Below are positions 57,676-64,000 of a stretch of DNA of 64,000 nt, in pieces; within the stretch, counting starts at the first letter, position 1; each line of letters starts with the position of its first letter. Made by a program: the position numbers and the translations under genes. Source of the DNA: Candidatus Poribacteria bacterium (GTDB lineage: Bacteria; Poribacteria; WGA-4E; WGA-3G); NCBI GenBank assembly GCA_963665235.2, contig CAXXLX010000001.1:1344001-1408000 (forward strand), read 5' to 3'. The notes beneath the pieces were generated by a model, which saw nothing but the letters and a program-made list of their open reading frames with translations, did no database searches and was not told the DNA's origin.

Positions 57676-58455
57676 TTAATCGGACTTTGAAACCTTTATC
57701 GCTCCCCAGGTGAGTGTTAATTTCTGGGTCGGTTCGACGACAGCGAGTCCCACCGCGTCAAGATTGTTTTTAATCTCCGCTTGACTGAGGCCACGGTTGT
57801 AAATGCGAAGTTCGTCAAGAAGACCGTTGAAAGGAAGTCCCGCCTTTCTGTCACCCATCCAAAAGTTCTCTCCATTGTCTTTGAGAGCCCCTTCGAATTC
57901 CTTCTTACTATCCTCTTCGCCATTAATGTAAATTATCGCCTCAGCACCGTCGTAAACGCCAGCAATGTGATGCCATTTACCTACATCGAGCTGAGCTACG
58001 CTTTGAAAGGGCCACGTCTCTACCGCCCCGTTCCAGATATTAAAATCCACCTGATTTCGGTCTGACCATGCAATCACATAGGTATTACTTCCCGACCTTG
58101 ACAGGCCTGCGATAATCGCCCACCCGGGTTTTTCGGGTTTTATCCACATCTCCAATGTAATCTGAGCACCGAACTCGGTTAAACTCTTATCTGCTCCGCA
58201 ATCAACGTGCCCCCCACTAAACTTGAGTGCTTCACCGATTTTACCGTTAACCACCTCAACATTCCCGTTCATGGTTCCGCTGTTTGCACCGAAGAGGTCT
58301 TTAACCGTTTTACCCGTAATGGAATCCTTATTGAACGACCAATAACTCACCAAACCATCAGTAATTGCATCGCGCGTGTGTGCTACATTTGTAGCCATTA
58401 AAACGAGTCCTATTAGGACTATAACAAACATTTGTCTCGCAGTTCTGTTAATCAT
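57676..58455 (-). CDS. Secreted LamG-like jellyroll protein with C-terminal 'TWGAIK' motif
   Basis: GLVSYWSF, GKIGEALKF, WHHIAGVYDG, GLLDELRIYNRGLS. Confidence 0.88.
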   Translation of the reverse strand: MINRTARQMFVIVLIGLVLMATNVAHTRDAITDGLVSYWSFNKDSITGKTVKDLFGANSGTMNGNVEVVNGKIGEALKFSGGHVDCGADKSLTEFGAQITLEMWIKPEKPGWAIIAGLSRSGSNTYVIAWSDRNQVDFNIWNGAVETWPFQSVAQLDVGKWHHIAGVYDGAEAIIYINGEEDSKKEFEGALKDNGENFWMGDRKAGLPFNGLLDELRIYNRGLSQAEIKNNLDAVGLAVVEPTQKLTLTWGAIKVSKSD

Positions 58456-58574
58456 TTTGCCCTCCGTTTCGGCATGTTGAACGTGAGTTTGATAAACACA
58501 AGATACGTTAAAAAAGAAACCTTCACAAAAGAAGTTCTCCATGATTATTATATCACTTTTCTGTAAAATTGACA

Positions 58575-58616
58575 TTAGAATCACAACATCTTGCCAATAA
58601 CCAATAGCCAACGGCA
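58575..58616 (-). repeat. One arm of the heptamer-armed element after a stop codon
   Basis: Reverse complement gccgttggctattggttattggcaagatgttgtgattctaa matches 7400-7419. Confidence 0.7.
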
Positions 58617-58618
58617 GA

Positions 58619-59008
58619 TTAGTCGCTTGTGGTAGGATTTACGGTTACCTCGGGGCGCTCTGCTAAGACGCTGTCGAAGAGGGCGCGTCGCTCTGCTGCC
58701 AAATCTTCATACACAATCCTCGCGATGTCGGGCCCGACTGCCTGGAGTTTATCCTCCAAACCCGCCTCCTGGATACGGACAGTGGCAGTGAAGGCACCCT
58801 TATCCAGATCAAGCGGAAACCCCTCCTCCTGTTTGACACCATCTATGGCATACCGAACACGGCCCATGAAGAGCGGCCCATATCCCTTATGGTACCGGAG
58901 CTCTACGCTGAGCAGTTCTATAGAATCAGTGAAGGGCACACGGCCGGCCAGGTCAAGCGTCCTATACGTGATTTCGAGCCTATTAACGTTATCAACAATA
59001 TGTTTCAT
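58619..59008 (-). CDS. Hypothetical protein; host gene at the OMEGA insertion site
   Basis: ATGAAACAT start abuts the element's right end; its RBS (AAGGAG) lies at 60408-60413, beyond the element. Confidence 0.7.
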   Translation of the reverse strand: MKHIVDNVNRLEITYRTLDLAGRVPFTDSIELLSVELRYHKGYGPLFMGRVRYAIDGVKQEEGFPLDLDKGAFTATVRIQEAGLEDKLQAVGPDIARIVYEDLAAERRALFDSVLAERPEVTVNPTTSD

Positions 59009-59038
59009 CAAAATCTTCGGTGTGGAGACCCCGTTGCT

Positions 59039-59836
59039 TTAGCACGGGGAGGAAACACCGCTCCTATATTGAAAGTTCAAGCGTGTGAGGACTTGAAAAT
59101 CTGTGCGTTTCGCACCCGTTGTGAGGCGTTGACCTTCTAAGCTATAGATAGAAAACACCCCTTTCGCATTAATACCCGTAATAGGATGTCCTCGGTGGGA
59201 CCTCGGACGTGTGATACCGTGTTTGCCGTGCTTTATCAGCGTGTTTTTCACAAGTCCTTCGCCTAACACAGTTCCGCCATATCTTGACCGCATTCCGCCC
59301 TTTGCCGGTTGTTCTCGGTGCAAGTTCCGCCTTGCTACGGGTATCGGGGATATGCAAAAAACGGATGTATTGTCGGGTTTCAGTGCCATGGCTTTCTTTG
59401 TGTTGCCATTGACAACCGAATGTGCCATCACCCAACTATCAACACAATGTGCATAGAAGTCATCAGAGAGTTTGTCTTGGCTCTTCTCTAATCCTAATGC
59501 CTTCCTCCGCGCAGAAGTCCACCTGCCTTTATAGCAAAACACATTTCCAACGCCATAGCGTGCTATCAACTCAGAGACAAACCAGCGTTTACCGACTTCT
59601 AACGGGCTAAAAGATGTGTTCCATCGCTTCTTACCCGGTTTTGTTCTTGCCTTGATGTCCTCCACACAGATTTTTTTGACAGGATACAAGTCAGACAACC
59701 AATCCAGGATGCGGAGTTTCCAATCCCAACGGGCACGCGTGCCTAACGATAGGCGGAACACTAGCCCACAGAGGCTATCTCTAAATGTCCACGCCAATGG
59801 TGTCCGTAGATCCTTTGTTTTGACTGGCACAAACAT
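59039..59836 (-). CDS. isrB: IsrB C-terminal half (RuvC-II 'CVEDI', RuvC-III 'HCVDS', no HNH) with duplicated RBS/ATG
   Basis: Starts MFVPVKTKD from the copied start; TRARWDWKLR, FSPLEVGK, RRNLH, RYGGT. Confidence 0.75.
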   Translation of the reverse strand: MFVPVKTKDLRTPLAWTFRDSLCGLVFRLSLGTRARWDWKLRILDWLSDLYPVKKICVEDIKARTKPGKKRWNTSFSPLEVGKRWFVSELIARYGVGNVFCYKGRWTSARRKALGLEKSQDKLSDDFYAHCVDSWVMAHSVVNGNTKKAMALKPDNTSVFCISPIPVARRNLHREQPAKGGMRSRYGGTVLGEGLVKNTLIKHGKHGITRPRSHRGHPITGINAKGVFSIYSLEGQRLTTGAKRTDFQVLTRLNFQYRSGVSSPC

Positions 59837-60189
59837 AAGTTTGTTTTCTCCTTTCGGGTATATATTGCACACTTCCGAGAACGTCTCCCTCGGCGGAGTT
59901 CACGTCTTTTCTCAACCTTCTTGCCAACTTTGTTATGTGCATCTGCCTGCACGTTCAGATACGTATGGGCCTCAGATTTGACAGTAAATCCCTCTTTCTT
60001 ACTTCCCGGATCCACACCGACAACGATGTCTTGTGTTTCTCTATCACTCGGTTCTTTGTTGAGACGGACACAATAGACACCGTTGTTCCAATAAGGCGTT
60101 GCCTCACCGCGTTTGACAAGTTTCCTCGCACGTGCAGCATGCATCGGCATCAGCTGTTGTCCATCCTTTGTTTTGACTGGCACAAACAT
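59761..60189 (-). CDS. isrB: IsrB N-terminal half (PLMP, RuvC-I, bridge helix) ending in the RecG C-terminal peptide
   Basis: QLMPMHAARARKL, VGVDPGSK, RRELRRGRRSRK, then ...HWRGHLEIASVG* identical to the RecG end. Confidence 0.78.
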   Translation of the reverse strand: MFVPVKTKDGQQLMPMHAARARKLVKRGEATPYWNNGVYCVRLNKEPSDRETQDIVVGVDPGSKKEGFTVKSEAHTYLNVQADAHNKVGKKVEKRRELRRGRRSRKCAIYTRKEKTNLCLCQSKQRIYGHHWRGHLEIASVG

Positions 60190-60199
60190 AAGTTTGTTT

Positions 60200-60416
60200 T
60201 CTCCTTTCGGGTATATATTGCCCCATCCAGATCAGGGGTTCGTAGTGGGATCAGACTTGGGGAGCATCCGAAACATACTTTAGGCTGCCACGCCCAGAAC
60301 CCCCGATATATTACTGTAGTCAACAAGTTACCCTTGTCTCTGTGATAGCCTTGGCGGGCATCAAAGACAAGCCCCCATGCTTTAGCTGGGGGTTATTGAC
60401 TGGAGTTCTCCTTTTC
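60200..60416 (-). ncRNA. Predicted omegaRNA (guide ~60401-60416 from host flank; scaffold 60400 to ~60200)
   Basis: GTCAA...GTTGACTA pairing and 'GGATGCTCCCCAAGTCTG' motif, upstream of the PLMP ORF as in IscB/IsrB loci; ends approximate. Confidence 0.7.
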
Positions 60417-60419
60417 ATA

Positions 60420-60449
60420 AGTTTATCATGCACTATGGCTCTATGTCAA
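60420..60449 (-). promoter_or_regulatory. Host promoter reading into the guide/omegaRNA
   Basis: TTGACA(60449-60444)-18-TAAACT(60425-60420) with TG extended -10. Confidence 0.6.
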
Positions 60450-60526
60450 GGCGATTTCTATAGTGGGTGTGTAAAGTTTTTATACACCCGCAGAGGCATT
60501 TAGCTCTCCTAACGATAGGCGGAACG

Positions 60527-63199
60527 CTAGCCAACAGAGGCTATCTCTAAATGTCCACGCCAATGTGTCCGTAGCATCCGTTTTAAGAGCTGATGTGCCG
60601 GGGCATTTAACCCCGTATCGGACTTTACCAACGCTGCTGCTTCCTTCTTCGCTATCTCTAAGAGAGAAACATCACTGAGGATATTGGCAATTTTAAAATT
60701 AGGTACACCGGACTGACGCGTGCCGAAAAATTCGCCCGGCCCCCGAATGTTCAAATCTTCTTCTGCGATGTCGAACCCGTTATTAGAACGCACCATCACC
60801 TGAATTCGGCGGTATGCATCATCTGTCTTCGGGGTTGCGATGAGATAACATGCAGATTTGTCGCGCCCTCTGCCGACGCGACCCCGCAATTGATGCAGCT
60901 GTGCCAACCCAAATCGTTCCGCGTGTTCAATTACCATCAATGTGGCATTCGGAACATCAATCCCTACCTCAATGACGGTTGTAGAGACCAGTATGTCAAG
61001 TTCACGTGCATTGAATTTTGCCATAATCTCCTGCTTCTCTACAGATTTCATTTGTCCGTGCAGCAACCCGACCCGCAGATGCGGAAAAACATCCTGCTGG
61101 AAGTGTTCCGCCATGGTTGTGGCAGCTTTCAACTCCTCTAATTTCTCGGATTCCTCTACAAGTGGATAAACGATATATGCCTGTTTGCCACGGCGGACCT
61201 CCTGTTCAAGTTTGGCGTAGAACTGTCCTCTGCCCTTTTCTTTGATCCATCGGGTTTCAATTTTCTGTCTGCCGGGGGGCATTTCGTCAATCACAGACAT
61301 GTTCAGGTCACCGTAAACCGTTAAAGAGAGGGTTCTCGGGATGGGGGTGGCAGTCATGACGAGCACATCCGGTGGCAGCTGTGCTGAGGCGAGTGCATCT
61401 TGTGCTTTGCCGCGGAGCGTTGCACGTTGCATCACACCGAACCGGTGCTGTTCATCAATGATAATGAGCCCTAATTTGTGAAAATCCACGCCCTCCTGTA
61501 TCAACGCCTGTGTGCCGACGATGAGATTCGCTGTGCCATCGGCTATTGTCGCCAACGCCTTCTCCCGTTCCGCTTTCGGTAGGTCGCTTTTCAGTAGCAC
61601 AACCTTCACGTTGAAAGGGGCAAACAACGCTGAAAGATTAGTGTGGTGTTGTTCGGCAAGGATTTCGGTTGGGACCATCAGCGCGCCCTGATAACCGTTC
61701 TGAATTGCACATAAGAGTGCCATCGCTGCGACAACAGTTTTTCCGGAGCCGACATCTCCTTGAATCAATCGGTTCATCACGCGTTTGCTCCGCATGTCCT
61801 CTCGGATTTCGGCAAAAACCCGTTTTTGTGCACCAGTCAACGTAAACGGCAGCGCGTTCACAAATTGACTGAGGAGCGAATTGCTCTCCTGTTCACTTTT
61901 TTCAATCTGAAATTGGATGCCGGGCTGTGAAGTCCTGTCGTCCTTCCGGAGTTCCATGCCGAGGCTGAGCAGGAAAAATTCGTCGAACGCCAGCCGTTTC
62001 TGGGCTGCTGTTTGATGCGCTGTAGATGTGGGAAAATGGATTTCGTTAATGGCTTGCTGTCTGTCAATAAGTTGGCACCGTTGCCGAAGTTCGAGCGGTA
62101 AAATTTCGGGAATTTCGGTGCCGTGCTGATCTAATGCAATTCGCATCCAAGTACGAAGCATTTTCGCTGTCAATTTCGCTGTGAGGGGATATTTCGGCAC
62201 AATCCGCTTTGTATGTATCAGATTATCCTCGTCAAACAGTTCAAATTCATAATCTGTCGCCTGGATTTCGTTGTAACGGCGCGAGAACTTACCGCTTACA
62301 ACCACCTCCGTGTCAACAGGGAGTATGGACTTGATATAGCCGATGCGCCGCCCGAAATTGACGAGCACAGCGACACCTGTACCATCGTAAATTGAGACCT
62401 TACCGATGCTCTTTCGTCCTTTACCCGCAGGTTTGTTGGTCGTATGATTGACAACCCGTCCCTGAATCGTCTCCGGTTCACCATCTTCTCTTCTGCCGAC
62501 TTTGTAAATTTCAACGGTTTTTGACCTATCAATGTAGTCGCGCGGGTAGTATTCTAGCAACTCCCCGACTGTTTGAAAACCGAGTTCATTTGACAATATT
62601 TCGGCACGGCGGGGGCCTATGCCTTTGAGATACTGGAGCGGTTTACGCAGAAATTCGAGCGAGTCAACATCCGTTGATACAGGTGTATCTCCAAGTATCA
62701 CAGGTGTTTCGGGAGCCGCCTCGGCAGCCTCGGAAAGCGTGGGTGAGTGCACAGCAGCACTATCGCTGTTTTTAAGCGTGGTGGGCTCTACATCATAGGT
62801 AGCTGGTGCCGGTTCGGATGGCACAGGTGTTTCGCGAAGAACACCTGTGTTCCGAAAAAGGGATAGGTCTTCATGTCTTGCGTTTGTGTCGCGAGGTTGC
62901 TGTGCTGCAGCCTGTCCCGCTTCAGTCTCAGCGAGGGCCGCATCAAGCTGTTCGGTTGCAACCTGTAGCGTCTGTTGGCGTTCTGCTGGCGATAAACTTG
63001 CATAGTTCTCAAAGCGTGCGGCGAGCCCCTTAAGCACCTGTTTTTCATCGGAGGCGAGCGGAAGGGCGTTCCCCCGTTCTACCCAGAGCATCACATAGGC
63101 GCCCAAACCGTTGACGACGACACTGTCTTGACACCCCATGCGAATCTCTTGCTGGAACGGCCGACGGATGGTTGTCAATATTTCTCTTAAATTATCCAT
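60527..63199 (-). CDS. recG: ATP-dependent DNA helicase RecG with N-terminal extension
   Basis: QGDVGSGKT, DEQHRFG, MTATPIPRTL, QLHQLRGRVGR, RGPGEFFGTRQSG. Confidence 0.97.
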   Translation of the reverse strand: MDNLREILTTIRRPFQQEIRMGCQDSVVVNGLGAYVMLWVERGNALPLASDEKQVLKGLAARFENYASLSPAERQQTLQVATEQLDAALAETEAGQAAAQQPRDTNARHEDLSLFRNTGVLRETPVPSEPAPATYDVEPTTLKNSDSAAVHSPTLSEAAEAAPETPVILGDTPVSTDVDSLEFLRKPLQYLKGIGPRRAEILSNELGFQTVGELLEYYPRDYIDRSKTVEIYKVGRREDGEPETIQGRVVNHTTNKPAGKGRKSIGKVSIYDGTGVAVLVNFGRRIGYIKSILPVDTEVVVSGKFSRRYNEIQATDYEFELFDEDNLIHTKRIVPKYPLTAKLTAKMLRTWMRIALDQHGTEIPEILPLELRQRCQLIDRQQAINEIHFPTSTAHQTAAQKRLAFDEFFLLSLGMELRKDDRTSQPGIQFQIEKSEQESNSLLSQFVNALPFTLTGAQKRVFAEIREDMRSKRVMNRLIQGDVGSGKTVVAAMALLCAIQNGYQGALMVPTEILAEQHHTNLSALFAPFNVKVVLLKSDLPKAEREKALATIADGTANLIVGTQALIQEGVDFHKLGLIIIDEQHRFGVMQRATLRGKAQDALASAQLPPDVLVMTATPIPRTLSLTVYGDLNMSVIDEMPPGRQKIETRWIKEKGRGQFYAKLEQEVRRGKQAYIVYPLVEESEKLEELKAATTMAEHFQQDVFPHLRVGLLHGQMKSVEKQEIMAKFNARELDILVSTTVIEVGIDVPNATLMVIEHAERFGLAQLHQLRGRVGRGRDKSACYLIATPKTDDAYRRIQVMVRSNNGFDIAEEDLNIRGPGEFFGTRQSGVPNFKIANILSDVSLLEIAKKEAAALVKSDTGLNAPAHQLLKRMLRTHWRGHLEIASVG

Positions 63200-63370
63200 T
63201 CTCTCTTCATCAAAAAGTATTTAAGAATTTAGACGTAAATTTAGCGGTAAAGGTTGATTTTCATTGAGAGAACCAGATGTTTTTAGCGAAATTTAAATTT
63301 CCTTGACTTTAGCCAGCAACGAACGTTATAATTCCAGATGTGACGCGTCAATTTCAGAGGTTTTCATATT

Positions 63371-64000
63371 ATGTCAAAACAGAATTTCAACCAAAAGCTT
63401 ACCGCACTCCTCAAAACTCATCCCCGCTTTGTAGACGACTCCGGTGAACTCCTCAACACTGCTGTTAAAGACCACGCATGGCAGCTTGACCACACCCTCA
63501 TCAGATTGCTGCTATCCGATGAAGAGATAAAAGCGAAATTCTTTGACGAAATTGATGGACATTGGATTTCAACTACAACACCTTCATCAGTTATATCAAC
63601 GACAGAAACTTTCTCGCCAACTCCTATACGCAGTTTCGGAACAAAATCGGTTTGAACATTGACGATAAATTCCTGCCCGAACGCGGCGAAGTTTCACTCG
63701 TCTGGCCCTACAAAGATTGTGTGCTGGAGGGGGGACAAACAAAGGAGGCGGAGAAGCGAAAAGAGATTTTCTTCAACGAAATCCTTGCAATAGACGAAAT
63801 CAATCGGATGTTCGACCCGAAGGTGCTTACCAATTGGAAACGTCACACCACCGCAGGTGAAAAAGACGTAACGGACATCCGGCGTGATGAAAACGGCATC
63901 ATTCGCGAAAACCTTATCATCAAGGGGAACAACCTCATCACCCTCCACACCCTCAAACAGCAATTCCGGGGACAGGTAAAACTGATTTACATCGATCCAC
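63371..64000 (+). pseudogene. Type III R-M Mod-like DNA methyltransferase 5' part with apparent 1-nt deletion at ~63567 (runs off window)
   Basis: Frame 1 ends ...DGHWI; another frame continues NYNTF...NSYT.F.NKIGL...WPYKDCVLEGGQ...FFNEILA.DEI...NLIIKGNNL...VKLIYIDP. Confidence 0.75.

Larger units (their letters stand above)
59009..60400 (-). mobile_element. Non-autonomous IS200/IS605-superfamily OMEGA element (omegaRNA + isrB)
   Basis: Left end GTCAATAACCCCCAGCTAAAGCATGGGGG; right end CCCCGTGCTAAAGCAACGGGG; no tnpA; followed by ATGA. Confidence 0.88.

Noticed and set aside
59742-59868. DGR template/variable repeat or retron product
   Set aside because: No reverse transcriptase in the window; the differences include an indel and are too few to show adenine-specific mutagenesis.
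59039-60189. IscB or Cas9 call
   Set aside because: No HNH/CxxC region between RuvC-II and RuvC-III, and the combined length is ~350 aa, which fits IsrB.
59009-60400. IStron (group I intron-IS chimera)
   Set aside because: Only ~200 nt precede the ORF, accounted for by the omegaRNA; no group I core recognised.

Overview
Chromosomal window from a bacterium that looks like Candidatus Poribacteria. This is an inference from three PhyH dioxygenases, three sulfatases, TPR proteins, a LamG protein ending in 'LAVVEPTQKLTLTWGAIK' and an 'NRWIIG...SPYGFGPYP' family protein. It carries mqnC and rpoZ, then a tRNA(Thr-Tyr-Gly-Thr)-rpmG-tRNA(Trp)-secE-nusG-rplKAJL cluster with no tuf inside and no rpoB after. 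It also has a hemE-MBL/TPR-hemH-hemY operon, a 3245-aa secreted repeat protein with a T9SS/FlgD-like C-terminal domain next to a PorV/PorQ-like gene, metabolic genes, comF, smc, recG and a frameshifted type III methyltransferase start. The most striking element is a non-autonomous OMEGA (IsrB + omegaRNA) transposon at 59009-60400, inserted exactly between a host gene's RBS and its ATGA start. Its isrB gene is split into two translatable halves by a chimeric insert made of a copy of its own RBS/start and a copy of the neighbouring recG 3' end. Other highlights are a tRNA-Tyr with an archaeal/eukaryotic-type C1:G72 pair, a membrane protein with an Rpn-like internal start and a duplicated small C-terminal unit, a degenerate AccA-like pseudoenzyme, a Cys-rich ferrochelatase, an RDD-PspA fusion, a MITE with a 9-bp TSD and several dispersed repeat families. 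All calls were made by eye from motifs; no database searches were run.
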